DNA of 64,000 nucleotides from Octopus sinensis. Taxonomy: Eukaryota. The translations under genes and the position numbers were made by a program. Shown in pieces: positions 1 through 12,282 of the stretch. How positions within the stretch are numbered: position 1 is the stretch's first letter; each line of letters opens with the position of its first letter. The DNA is taken from assembly GCF_006345805.1 (NCBI RefSeq), contig NC_043000.1, forward strand, positions 24,800,001-24,864,000. The letters are read 5' to 3'. The notes below the pieces were generated by a model that did no database searches, had not been told where the DNA came from, and saw nothing but the letters and a program-made list of their open reading frames with translations.

Positions 1-749
1 AAGGGAAAGGAAAATCAGGTGAAAAACTGAAAAATATATTCATGAGTACAAATAATGTTAAATTTAGATCTAACTTCAAACCTGACTCTATTCATTTGTC
101 TGTTGAATAGCATTTCAGATATTGCTCCACTGAAAACTGCAGACATAGAAGTATAAAAGACATACAAATAATTTTCTGAAAAAAAAAGTTTTGAATGATT
201 ATTTATTTTATTTGCCAATTCTAAAGGTATACAAATAGAAAAATAGAAGAATCTATTAAGTTTTCTGTCTAGCACTTTATAAAATAAAAAAATAAAAAGT
301 TGAAAAATTGAAAAAAAAATTCAGGAAGAAAGAAAAAGAAAATTTATCAACTTGAGATTCCAATGTCATTATCAAAGTAACATTCTGGAAGTGAGTTCCA
401 AAAGTTTGAGTAAACATTCATAAATTAAATATGGAGTAAATCTTTGAAGTTGTGTATCTGTAAAATAACCCAGACACCTCCCTTCAAAACCAAGTGTTAT
501 CAACCATGAATCTTTATATTATATCAACAGGCTTAGTTTATAATTATATTTTAGACTTAGATAAATAAATTTGGAAGCTGTGATCATTGAAATAAAATTA
601 GTTAGATATTGAAGGCCAATCGCAAAAGACTGAGCCTTACAGAAGGGATGACAAAGGACAAAGATCTATGGCACATTGTTGTACTCAAGATGACCCACCC
701 ACCACAGCAGAATCAATATCCTAAAACCATTTTGGTAATGCTTATCTAT

Positions 750-1023
750 AAGGAACACTGGTGCTGAGGCTAAATAAAAAGCACTGGGAATGGTTGTATA
801 TAAAAAGCATTGGTTATGGTTCTACATAAAAAGCACCAGTGCTGGTCTCATGTAAAAAGCACTTTATATGGTGCCACAAAAAGCATTGGTGATGGGGCCA
901 TTTAAAAAGCACCCAGTACACTGTAGAAACCAGGCCAAAACAGACAATATAGCCTGGTGTGGCTCCTATCAAACCATCCAACCCATACCAGCATGGAAAA
1001 CAGACATTAAATGATGATGATGA
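750..1023 (+). mobile_element. Degenerate RTE-type 3' end: ~25-30 bp AAAAAGCAC tandem units plus (GAT)n tail
   Basis: Repeated TAAAAAGCAC..TGGT units, then AAACCATCCAACCCATACCAGCATGGAAAACAGACATTAAATGATGATGA, which matches the 3' end of the LINE at 1160-2478. Confidence 0.7.
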
Positions 1024-1159
1024 CCTAATATAAGAGTCAGTAATGGTCAACTCACTAGGATTATTGACCATACAGCTCTAAACTTTGTACCCTGTCAATG
1101 GCACAGTGTGTCACAAGCAAAATCTCTCTCTCTCTCTCTGTATATATATCATCATCATA

Positions 1160-2478
1160 TGTAGGAAGGCAGGCAAATCACAAACACCTTCAGGTAGATG
1201 GCCCTGCTCGATCTGTAGAAAAGGCGTAGGTAGAAACTCTATAAGATGCACCAAGTGTAAGCTATGGACACATAAGAGGTGCAGCAATGTCAAAGGAAGG
1301 CTAACTAGGAAGATGGTTTTTGTATGTGGCAGATGCTCAGGAGCAATAAACACTGAAAATGCTGGAGACCAATTTCCGCCACATTCCAGGGAGAAAAACT
1401 AGAAATTGTTGATAGCTTCCATTACCTAGGCGACCAAGTCAGTAGCGGGGGCGGGTGTGCTGAAAGTGGAGCTGCTAGAGTAAGAATAGCCTGGGTAAAG
1501 TTCAGAGAGCTATTACCTCTGCTGGTGACAAAAGGCCTTTCGCTCAGAATAAAAGGCAGACTGTATGACACATGTGTATGAACTGCCATGCTACATGGCA
1601 GTGAAACTTGGGCCATGACTGCTGAGGACATGCGTAAGCTTGCAAGAAATGAAGCCAGTATGCTCCGATGGATGCATAATGTCAGTATTCATACTCGACA
1701 GAGTGTAAGTACCTTGAGAGAAAAGTTGGACCTAAGAAGAAGCATCAGTTGTGGTGTGCAAGAGAGACGTTTGCGCTGGTATGGTTATGTGACGAGAATG
1801 GATGAAGATGGTTGTGTGAAAAAGTGCCACACCCTAGCAGTTGAGGGAACCTGTGGAAGAGGTAGACCCAGGAAAACCTGGGACGAGGTGGTGAAGCACG
1901 ACCTTCGAACATTGGGTCTCACCGAGGAAATGACCAGAGACCGAGACCTTTGGAAGTATGCGGTGAGTGGGAAGACCCGGCAGGACAAGTGAGACCATGA
2001 CCCGTGGCCTCTACCTGGGACGTAGCCAGCCCACTTATGCATACCTTTCCTTCTTGTGACACAAACCCTACATGTGAAGACCTGTTGAGGCAAGTGAAAA
2101 TCAAAAATCAAAATCGAAATCGATCAACATCAATGGAAATTGTAGCTGTGATACTAGTGCCGATGGCACATAAGAGAACCATCCGAACGTGGCTGCTGCC
2201 AGAGCCGCCCCGACTGGCCTTGGTGCCGGTGGCACGTAAAAAGCACCATCTGATCGTGGCCGTTTGCCAGCCTTGTCTGGCACCTGTGCAGGTGGCACGT
2301 AAAAAGCACCCACTATACTCACGGAGTGGTTGGCGTTAGGAAGGGCATCCAGCTGTAGTAACACTGCCAGATCAGACTGGGCCTGGCGTGCCTTTGGGCT
2401 TCCCAGACCCCAGTTAAACCATCCAACCCATGCTAGCATGGAAAACGGATGTTAAACGATGATGATGATGATGATGAT
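1160..2478 (+). mobile_element. 5'-truncated RTE-clade LINE: ORF C-terminus with PHD-like zinc finger, 3' UTR and (GAT)n tail
   Basis: WPCSICRKGVGRNSIRCTKCKLWTHKRC...CGRC, a frameshift near 1400, then LEIVDSFHYLGD...ARVRIAWVKFREL...LYDTCV*TAMLHGSETW...RRLRWYGYVTRM...GRGRPRKTWDEVVKHDL (stop at 1992). These are typical RTE post-RT motifs. Premature TGA at 1579-1581. The 3' UTR has ~60-nt tandem units and a GAT tail. Confidence 0.92.
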
Positions 2479-2608
2479 TTCGTTTAATGTCTGCTTTCCA
2501 TGCTAGCATGGGTTGGACAATTTGACTGAGGTCTGGTGAGCCAGATGGCTGCACCAGACTCCAATCTGATCTGGCAGAGTTTCTACAGCTGGATGCCCTT
2601 CCTAACGC

Positions 2609-2611
<3 letters not shown>
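2479..2611 (-). mobile_element. Opposite-strand RTE 3' end fragment, tail-to-tail with the LINE above
   Basis: Reverse complement of 2330-2460. Confidence 0.9.
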
Positions 2612-2650
<39 letters not shown>

Positions 2651-2651
2651 T

Positions 2652-2825
2652 TATATTTACTCGTGTATAAATCATCACTATTTTATAGTTGATTTTAACT
2701 GAAGAGAAAATCTGGGATTCGACCTATACACAGAGCAAAACCATAACTATGAAGGGGAAAATGTTTTGTACCAAGACTTAACACTAAATTAGGGGTGTGA
2801 CTTATACCCAAGGGTATACTAGTAA
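2652..2825. mobile_element. pogo/Tigger-like MITE remnant
   Basis: Starts TATATTTACTCGTGTATAA and has internal CGACCTATACAC / TGACTTATACCC motifs, which resemble pogo-family subterminal repeats. Confidence 0.45.
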
Positions 2826-3184
2826 AGATAATCTTTACTAGTGTCATTTTAATAGTAGTCTTCATTACTAAAGAAATGAAGATTTGTTTGTGTTTAAATC
2901 TTGTCTTAGGGAAAGAAGGATAGACTTTAACATAGAATTCAACATGTCTCATGGCACAGCCCTATTCCCCACTGACAAAAAAATAAATAAAAAATCTTTT
3001 TATAAGGGTTTCAAATTTTGGTCCTGGGCCAGCAATTTTTGAGGGGAGGGGGAAATTTGATTTACATCAATCCCATTGCTTGACGGGTACCTAATTTATT
3101 GATTCCAAATGACAAAAGGCAAAATCAAACTAGGTAGAATTTGAACTAAAAATTCACTTTTAATTCCATGACCAAGTCTTAGGG

Positions 3185-3330
3185 CAAGAATGAGCAACCT
3201 TTTTCAAGAAGTGGTCTACATAAGACATGACTCATCATCAAATGAATTCCACTGCTATAAAAATTCAAGGTAATTTTTCCTTAGGCTTGCCATTCAGAAA
3301 GTCCCATGGGCCAGGAGTTGCTCATGGCTA
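3185..3330. mobile_element. hAT-like MITE
   Basis: Degenerate TIRs CAAGAATGAGCAAC / GTTGCTCATGGCTA; imperfect 8-bp TSD TCTTAGGG / TCTTACAC. Confidence 0.55.
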
Positions 3331-4327
3331 TCTTACACCTTGCTTCATGTAACTATATTTACACCTCACCTTAGTTATATTTCTGTTCTTAGCAAATAAC
3401 TAACACTGTTAATCCCCAGAATTCAACTAAGCTGAACCCATGTGTATAATAAACCAACAACATTTATCTGTATTTATTAGATAATCTCTAAAAATGACAT
3501 GCATAATAAACCTAAGACTATTGATAATATCTTTATATTTAGTCCATTGCTGCTTTGTGCATATATTATTAATATTATAATTACTGTATCTCCAGGAATG
3601 TTCTCACTAGTTACAGCTTTATGGAATAACAAATATATTAACAAATAAATAAGAAATAAGAAATAAATAAGAAGTACAATGGTTATGCATTTCAATCATA
3701 AGTTTCATCTTTACTACAGCTTTCATGATGTACTCTACTATATATATATGGCTCATAAGCTTTGCTTGCCTCAGTTTGCTTGACTGACAAACAAAGTCTA
3801 TTCCTTTTTTTTGTATTTATTCTAGCAATAAAAACACTATTTCTAACAATATTTATACGTCCAAATTTGCAAATACTTTCCCATGCATCTGACATGCAAG
3901 AAAGGGGGAAAAAAAAAAATTCATATAACTCGGCAAAAAAGAAAGAAAAATAGTTATTATGTTTGTATATCGAGCATACATGTTTTGAAGTAACATTCTT
4001 CTCAATCCATTATTCATTATCATCATACACCCACTTTTCCATGCTTGCATATGTCAGATGGAATTTATGGAGGTAGGTTTTCAACAACTGGATGCCCTTC
4101 CATTCACCAACCCTTACCTGTTTTCAAGTGAGGTAATTTTTTTCCCCATGGCCTGACATATTTATTCACCAAAGACTGGAAATGGTATAGTATGACAAGG
4201 ATGCCCATTTACAACCATCAAACGATGTTTAGACAAAGGTATACATATATGCACACACACACACAATATGGGCTTCTTTCAGTTTCTGTCTATCATATCC
4301 ATTCATAAGACTTAGGTCTCCCTTTTT

Positions 4328-4700
4328 CATCATCATCATCGTTTAACACCTGCTTTCCATGCTAGCATGGGTTGGATGATTTGACTGAGGTCTGGCGAAC
4401 CAGATGGCTGCGCCAGACTCCAATCTGATCTGGCAGAATTTCTACAGCTGGATGCCCTTCCTAACGCCAACCACTCTGAGAGTGTAGTGGGTGCTTTTAC
4501 ATGCCACTGGCACGAGGGCCAGTCAGGCGGTACTGGCAGTGGCTACACTCAAATGATGCTTTTTAAGTGCCACCTGCACAAGAGCCAGTCCAGCGGCACT
4601 GGCAACGACCTTGCTTGAATGTTTTTTCACGTGCCACCAGCACAAGTGCCAGTAAGGCAATGCAGGTAGTGATCATGCTCGAATGGTGCTTTTTATGTGA
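4328..4700 (-). mobile_element. RTE 3' UTR copy with ~4 tandem ~60-nt units
   Basis: (CAT)n CGTTTAAC... start; repeated GGTGCTTTT(T)AC.TGCCAC units; homologous to 2150-2460. Confidence 0.85.
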
Positions 4701-4972
4701 TATAAATTATCTAGGAGTTCAGATGTAATGAACACATTTTTCAGCATCAACTAGCAATGAACAAATGTATTTCATATACTGTCATGACATGCCTCCCCTC
4801 TCTCTCAAAAGTAAAGTCAGTGGGTGGATGGTAGAGTTGGTAAGGGCTCCGGACAAAAGTGTTATGCTGTTATGAAATTATGTCTCTTTAAATTTTGAGT
4901 TCAGATCTCATTGAGATTAACTTCCTCCTAATCTTCTGGGGCCAAAAGAAGTATCTGCTTCTGAAGTATTTT

Positions 4973-5170
4973 GTTTTTGGATTTGGTTTGCAAGATTCTT
5001 TATGTGAGTTCGTGTGTTGAAGCATATTCTGTTGTGTCTGGGGAGAGTCATTTTCTCTCCCCAGTCATTTTGTGCTTTATAAAAATAAGAAATAAGTGGA
5101 AATTTTACCAGTGAGTGTGTTAAATTATAGGCACAAAAAGAAAATGACTCTCCCCAGACACAACAGAACA
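4973..5170 (-). mobile_element. Fold-back non-autonomous element, PLE-like anatomy
   Basis: Exact 15-bp TSD CTTCTGAAGTATTTT (4958-4972, 5171-5185). Inverted arms TTCTGTTGTGTCTGGGGAGAGTCATTTTCT / AGAAAATGACTCTCCCCAGACACAACAGAA. An unpaired 52-nt tail lies at 4973-5024. Confidence 0.8.
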
Positions 5171-5377
5171 CTTCTGAAGTATTTTTTTTCTAATTACTTA
5201 TATTTGTTAAATCCAAAACTTCTGGTTCTGAGAGCTTAATGAATTTAGTTCATTAAAGACACACTAAGCAGCAATGATTATGATAAAGCTGTGTACATTC
5301 ATATTTAACATGCTCATTGAAAGACCTCCGCAGTGGAAACTGTCTCAAGAAAGTGAAATTCTCCTTGTACATAATAT

Positions 5378-5607
5378 ATTTCTTTACAGCCCACAAAAGG
5401 CTAAACATAGAGGGGACAAACAAGGACAGACAAAGGGTTTAAGTCGTTACATCGACCCCAGTATGAAACTGGTACTTTATTTATCGACACCGAAAGGATG
5501 AAAGGCAAAGTTGACCTTGGCGGAATTTGAACTCAGAACGTAACGACAGACAAAATACGACTACACATTTCGTCTGGCACGCTAACGTTTCTGCCAGCTC
5601 GCCGCCT
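5378..5607 (-). mobile_element. tRNA-derived SINE family B (Meta-domain-like core)
   Basis: Minus strand reads GGCGGCGAGCTGGCAGAAACGTTAG...GAGTTCAAATTCCGCC (A/B boxes), then GCCTTTCATCCTTTCGG..TCGATAAA...GTACCAG. 13-bp TSD TTGTACA(T/C)AATAT. Confidence 0.9.
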
Positions 5608-6184
5608 TTGTACACAATATGTGTAAAAACACATCATGTTGCTGTTTATATATATATATATATATATGAACAGGAGTCCTTAGTGGGCTATGAATGACCT
5701 GTTTTGTCTCTGTAACTAATGATGTATAACGATGCAGAAATATCATACAGTCCAATGATACCATTTATAGCCCAGCTTAGAAACATTTCGTGCACACTAT
5801 CTATGTGGAGGATTTCTCTCTCAAGACACTTTCTGAAGTGAAGGCCTTTCCATGTTTTAGTGTACACAGCTTTATTTTGACAAGTTTTAACTGCTATGAG
5901 ACATGAAATATTTAATGTTTAGAGACACTGTCCTTCATCAGAGAGAGAGAGAGAAGAGAGTGGGGGGGAGAGAGAAACAGGCAAAGGCTGTGGAGTTGTC
6001 AGTTTTGTTGTAAGCCAACAAATGATATCAAAATCATTAGGACACAACATTAAACATTAAAAACCACATTAAAGAAAATACTGATGCCACATAATGAAAC
6101 CAAAATGTTATTTATAATATCAACAATATCAAGTTGTTCTGAAATTGATGATGAATTCTGTAGATTCTTCCAGATCCTTTAGAG

Positions 6185-6378
6185 CAGTGGTTCTCAACTG
6201 CTACCCCCAGGGATGCATGCAACCCTCCAGCATCCTTTCAATGATCCCTGATGTTCTTCCCTCTATAAACATAATATTTTTTCCAAACTGACTTGCATTC
6301 TACTTTTTTTGGTGTGATCCCCTAAAAAAATCCATGTTTTGGATCAGGCATCGATATTAAAACGGTTGAGAACCACTA
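6185..6378. mobile_element. hAT (Charlie/MER5-like) MITE
   Basis: TIRs CAGTGGTTCTCAAC / GTTGAGAACCACTA. The TSD is only partly conserved. Confidence 0.7.
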
Positions 6379-6976
6379 GTACAGAGAAAGGAACCTAGCT
6401 CTGAGTAAATTTAAATGACTTTACTATTGCTTCAGAATGGACTACAGCAATGGTACAACCAATGTTAATTGTAATTACACAGAGTAAACAAAATCTAATT
6501 ATTTGTCTTGCTTGCCGAATCAATTCATCACACTTAAGTTGAAAAATCAAAAATTGTTTGTAATTTAATGAAGGGTGGTACCAATAATCCAAAATAATTG
6601 TCTGAGAATATTATTCTCACTGGATGTTTAAAGACGAAAGCCATGCTAACTACAATGGCTCTCACACTACTAAGTATTGATTAAATTAAGCCAGGGAAGT
6701 TTATTAATAGATTCATAATTAAGCAAATATTTATTACATTTCAAATTGCGAAACTACACATCTACACACTTGCACAACGTATATAACATACACATGAGAA
6801 AGTTTGAAAGAGTCGCGTTGGAGAATTTGAACATTAGCAATTGAAATAGAATTCTACAGCATAGAATCATATGCAAAATAGATAAGAATCATCTCAAAGT
6901 TCTTTATTCAAGTTTAGCTTTCCTTGTCCTTGAAATTATTCTTAAATAAGAAGTAGGTCTCCTGCTTCGTCATGTA

Positions 6977-6977
6977 A

Positions 6978-7021
<44 letters not shown>

Positions 7022-7093
7022 TAATAATAAAAATAAAAATAATAATAATAAAAATAAAAATAATAATAATAATAATGATGATGATAATGATGA
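6977..7093. repeat. (AAT)n/(GAT)n microsatellite
   Basis: Direct reading. Confidence 0.95.
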
Positions 7094-8471
7094 TAGTATG
7101 TGGCGGGAGAGAAAGACTGTGTGGGTGTGAGTGTGAGAAACAGCCAGAGAAAGGGAGGGAGGGAGGGAGGGAGAGAGAAAGGGGAGAGGGGGAGTGGGAG
7201 CAGAGAGAGAGAGAGAGAGAGAAAAAGAGAGTGAGTGAGAGGAGTTTGAGATTTTTAGTTGCAGAACAGGTCCATCCAGAAAGCTGTCTTACAAAATGAG
7301 TTTGTAATTGTTGTTGAGACTCCCACCGATCTTCGCTCGAGTAATCATTCGATAAAAGAAGTCTATGTCCTTATTGTAGGCATATTGTCATAACATTTTA
7401 ATAGTTCAAAAAAAAAGAAGAAAAATTAAAAGCAACAGAAAACATGAAAAACTACATTGGTTCACATTTTTGAAATTTTTGAGGGTCGTTTGGTTAGTAT
7501 ATCAACAGGTTGGGAGAATGCACAGAAATTCTCTTATAAGAGTTGAATTGTTTGTTGTCTATGTCTCGCCCTTTGAAATTTCTTACCAGCATGAGGCCTT
7601 TACAGGGTGAAATATAGTCTCCAATATGAGAAATAAAAAACAACTTACTTTCACATGTTTGAGCAAATAGAAAAATACATCTACATGTCTGCTAACAATA
7701 ACAAAAAAATTTTTAAAGACTATAAAATAAGGACAAAACAAAGAAAAATCAACAATAACTGCCTGTATGTGGTTGGCAGACATGTGGGAAATGTTGCTCA
7801 AATTACAGTCAATCATCTTTTTCTTTTTAGCTTATTCATTTCAGTCATTAGACTGTGGCCAAGCTGGGGCACTGCCTTCAGGAATTTTTTGATGAATAAA
7901 TAGACCCCAGTACTTATTTTTACCTTTCAAGTCTATCAGTCTCTTTTGCTAAACTGCTAAGTTAAAGGGACATAAACACACCAGCACCAGCTGTTAAGCA
8001 GTGGTGGGGGTCAAACACAGACACAAAGACACACAAACACACACCCGACAGGCTTCTTTTAGTTTCCATACACCAAACCCACTCACAAGGTTTTGGTTGA
8101 CTCGAGACTATAGTAGAAGACACTTGCTCAATGTGCCACTCAGTAGAAGGCACTTGCTTCTTACCATACAAACATGCCTACGAAAAGGAAAAAGATGGGA
8201 CAGTCATTGCCGGAATGCCTTTGATCATAGGTCTGCTCAATCAAAACCAACTTGGGGTTAAAGCAACAAAAGCCATCAAACACAAATTAACAAATGTTAA
8301 GAAGACAATGATCTCCTGCACAGACACATAGATAGGAGTTAATATTGGTCTCAGATGTATAAGAGAGGTGTCGTATGATATGTGAATATGTGTGCATGTT
8401 ACATATATTGAAAGATGTGATCAGCCCATGCACGGATATTAAATGATGGTGCACATATATATATATATATA

Positions 8472-8842
8472 CTAGCAGTATCGCCCGGCGTTGCTCAGGT
8501 TTGTAAGGGAAATAACTATAAAGCATTTTTAGAGAGTTATAGCCAAAAAATAGCAAAAAAATGGAAAAAAATGATGCTAAATTTTTTTAGTTAAAAAAGG
8601 TGGAGTTGCGTCCCCTAGACAGTTTGCGGTTTGTGTTTCTGATTCTCGACCCCATGTCGAATTTATCGATTTTTTTCAGAACTGGGGGAACTTTTCAAAA
8701 CTTTCGCTGCGTTAGTTTTGATTTATGACATTGGGCTATGTGTGTGTCAAGTTTCATCAGAATCGGTTGAAAGCCGTGGTCAGGGTGAGGGTACAAGCAA
8801 ACAGACACACAGAAACACGCACAGACAAACTGCCGTTTATAT

Positions 8843-8847
<5 letters not shown>
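8472..8847 (-). mobile_element. Non-autonomous Helitron
   Basis: Minus strand: A|TCTCTATATAAACGGCAG...CCTGAGCAACGCCGGGCGATACTGCTAG|T. This gives a 5' TC, a subterminal GC-rich hairpin, a 3' CTAG, and an A|T target inside (TA)n. Confidence 0.85.
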
Positions 8848-8897
<50 letters not shown>

Positions 8898-8916
8898 ACC
8901 AGTACTATACATACAC

Positions 8917-8962
<46 letters not shown>

Positions 8963-9326
8963 GTATATATGTATAGTGCTGGTACTACATAAAAAGCACC
9001 TGTGCTGGTGCCATGTATAAAGCACCCAGTACACTCTAAAGTGGCTGGCATTAGGAAAGACATCCAGCCACAGAACCCATACCATAACTGGACCCTGAGG
9101 CAGCTCTCTGGCTTGCTAGCTCTGGTCAAACTGTCCAACTCATGCCAACACGGAAAAGGGACATTAAATGATGATGATAATGATTATATATATATATATA
9201 TGGAAGGACTGTAGCTAGACTCCTGGTTCAATAATAGTATGAGTGAGGAGTCTAATGCGGGTCATGTGAGAGTATGTATATGTTAAATAATATGGCAACA
9301 AGCCAAGCCAAGGATTTGGTGTCTTA

Positions 9327-9362
<36 letters not shown>

Positions 9363-9366
<4 letters not shown>

Positions 9367-9695
9367 AATAATGAAGGGTGAAATTAATTAATTTGGAATA
9401 ATTATCAATTACACCAAGTAGTCTTCGGCATGTAAAAGCCTCATTCGAGGAAAATTTAAGTAATACTAAGCAATAAAGGGTTTAGCAACGAATTGCCTTA
9501 CCACATACCGATTTAGAAATAGCAGTCAAAGAGTTATAGCTATTTCTTCTACTAAAAAGGGAGATCTCAGTAAAAACAATTGCTGTTTTTACTGAGATCT
9601 CCCTTTTTAGTAGAAGAAATAGCTATAACTCTTTGACTGCTATTTCTAAATTCGGTATGTGGTAAGGCAATTCGTTGCTAACCCTTTATTGCTTA

Positions 9696-9699
<4 letters not shown>
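9363..9699 (-). mobile_element. Fold-back element: ~116-bp near-perfect palindrome plus ~100-nt one-sided tail, inside (TA)n
   Basis: Arms 9463-9578 and 9584-9699 with a 5-nt loop ATTGC. Unpaired 9363-9462. (TA)n lies on both sides. Confidence 0.8.
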
Positions 9700-9755
<56 letters not shown>

Positions 9756-11530
9756 CAACAACAATAAGTGATTAAGAGAAAGGAAATGGTTAGAACAGAG
9801 AAGTTATACTGAATAATAAATTCAATTCAACAGGAGTTTATCTTTGATTTGTACTTTGAAAAAAAAGAAAAGAAAAAAAAGTATGTAAGATAATCAGAAG
9901 ACGAGGGGGTCAGTGATCTTGATCTTTGTTATGGTCAATGACCCATGACTTTTGCAAGTCCTCTCAGATTGAACTCAGAATGTTAAGAGCTGAAACAAAT
10001 ACTACAAGTCTGATGCCCTAACAATTCAGCCACCCTACTAGACTATTGTTGAAAAAAGGAAAGGATTGCTACAAAATCTACTTTCAATGACAATATTGCA
10101 GAAAGGATTTTTGCAGCAGAATTAGGGAATAATCCTAATTTACTTATCATTAACATAATTTTCAAAAGGATATCGAAATTCTTGGCCTTAAAGCAAGGTC
10201 ACCATATGAAAGCACAAGAATACTTTAATCTTACATAGCTTTAATCATCAAAAGCACAAGAGGTATGAATAAATCTTGACATGATGCTAAATTTAAAAAG
10301 GCTGGTCCCATTGTCTGGAATGGATTGATTGCAAACAATCTTGTTCTGAAGTTCATCAATTAACTTATGTCTATGATTCTTTGAGGTGGTCAGGTTTAGA
10401 ATTTACATGAAATGATCTCCGGAAAAATGAATAAAAGGAAACATATTAAGACAACCTCAAAAGAAATGCTATTTTTATCTATGTCCTCAGCCCTTATCCC
10501 TGAAAGTATAGACTGTGATCCTCATTTGGCAAACTAACGACATATTATCCAGTGCTGTCTTTGAGAAGAAATGGCCAGAATCAACAAAAAGAACTGTGTT
10601 TGGTTTAAATGTTAATAAAGGAGTTTGATTCAAGACAATGGTAGCATGCAGATTTGGAGAAGTATTAATGGGGCTGAATATAAAACGATCTAACGAGTCG
10701 ATGGTTGTAATTTACGCAGTGTTTATTAAAGGAAGCCATTGGCGTAATCATTACCGATGTTTTCTTGATCTCTTTGTGAAATACCAAATATTTCAGTGAT
10801 ATCAGAAAGCGTTGATTTTGACCTTTCCCGACAAGCTCCTAGAATGTCTTTTGAAATTTTCTCTGATAGTGTTCTGTTAATTGATGTAGCACATCTGCCT
10901 TTTTCAAATCAACAATATTCCATCTATTGAATGGAAACTTTGTTATGTCTGATGTGCCATTCACAAATACAATACAAGCACTTCATTGTACTTTGGTATT
11001 TGGATGAAAATATTTCCCATTCTTTATAAACTCAATAATTTCTAAATTAATGCATTCTCGTTAAGAACGAAAAATTGAATATGATAGTTCACTGAACGTG
11101 ATATATATATTTAATGTCAGTGGATTTCTGCTTTCAGTAATGAGTGGGTCTCTTAATGTATGCAAATAAGTCGTTAGAAACCGTTTTTCCACACCCACTG
11201 TGAACAATGCAATGCTATATTACAAGTGTATCTACCTGTGCAAGGCTGTACTGCACATATGGCTGCCTGTCAAATGCTATATTACAGTTTCAACCACCAC
11301 AAGTAGTCTTTGTCATTAACATAAATTTGCAATCAATAAAACCCCTGCAATGGTATTGTCATTTTTGTTTCAGTGACCTTTACAGTTATTGCCATTAGTT
11401 GGTTGCTCAGGCCAAGGTCAGCTCTGATAGAACAATCCAACATTATATTCAAGGTATGTACACTTTTTCAGTGCCAAATAACAGGGGCATTCACCTATCC
11501 AATATCATATTACAGGTATATCTACATATT

Positions 11531-12159
11531 ATAATTTAGGGTATCAAAGAGATACCACCACGCTGGAAATAGCAGCCAAAACTTGACTTTAAAACCACAT
11601 TGAATGTTTATACAGCACCAGGCCACTTGATAAGATCGATATTTAAATTAATGATCTTATCCTTATTTATGTAAATTTATATATTTATTTCGTCATTATA
11701 TTCACTGTGGTGGTATTTTGACCATATCACACGAGGAGTTATAGGAGGGCAATTCAAACTGGTCGTGTGTGTACGTGCATATAAATGTATGTATACGTTC
11801 ATATATGTAAGTATTTGTATGTTATATGTATATATATGTGTTTTTATGTTACTATCTGTGTATATTCCACAGGAGAGGCAAAGCATTTCTTATGCAGAGC
11901 CAGAAATCCGGGATCTGGAATTATCCAGTAATTTTTTGCCAGTTTATTTTGTCCTTTTGTCTTCTCTCCTGGTGCTGTTTGAACATTTAATGTGGTTTTA
12001 GAGTCAAGTTTTGGCTGCTATTTCCAGCGTGGTGGTATCTCTTAGATATCCTAAATTATAATTTTAATAATAATTATGACCTTTGAAGGTTTTTGTTCCC
12101 ATGCTGGCCACTTGATAAGATCGATATTTAAATTAATGATCTTATCCTTATTTATATAA
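11531..12159 (+). mobile_element. Non-autonomous element with inverted 5' piece and direct terminal repeat (pseudo-LTR-like)
   Basis: Inverted repeat 11528-11622 / 11968-12062. Direct repeat 11621-11675 / 12106-12160. 17-bp TSD AGGTATAT(C/A)TACATATT (11514-11530, 12160-12176). Confidence 0.8.
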
Positions 12160-12282
12160 AGGTATATATACATATTCAGAATTATATTATGGATATATCC
12201 ACCTGTCCAAAATTATATTACAGCTATGTCCACAAATTCAGCAACAACATGAAATAAAAGTCACTAAAACAAGCCAACAAGT

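Noticed and set aside
9415-9452. Hammerhead-like string on the minus strand (CGAATGA GGC...GCC GAAG)
   Set aside because: The core deviates at several invariant positions and I find no convincing stem I or cleavage triplet.
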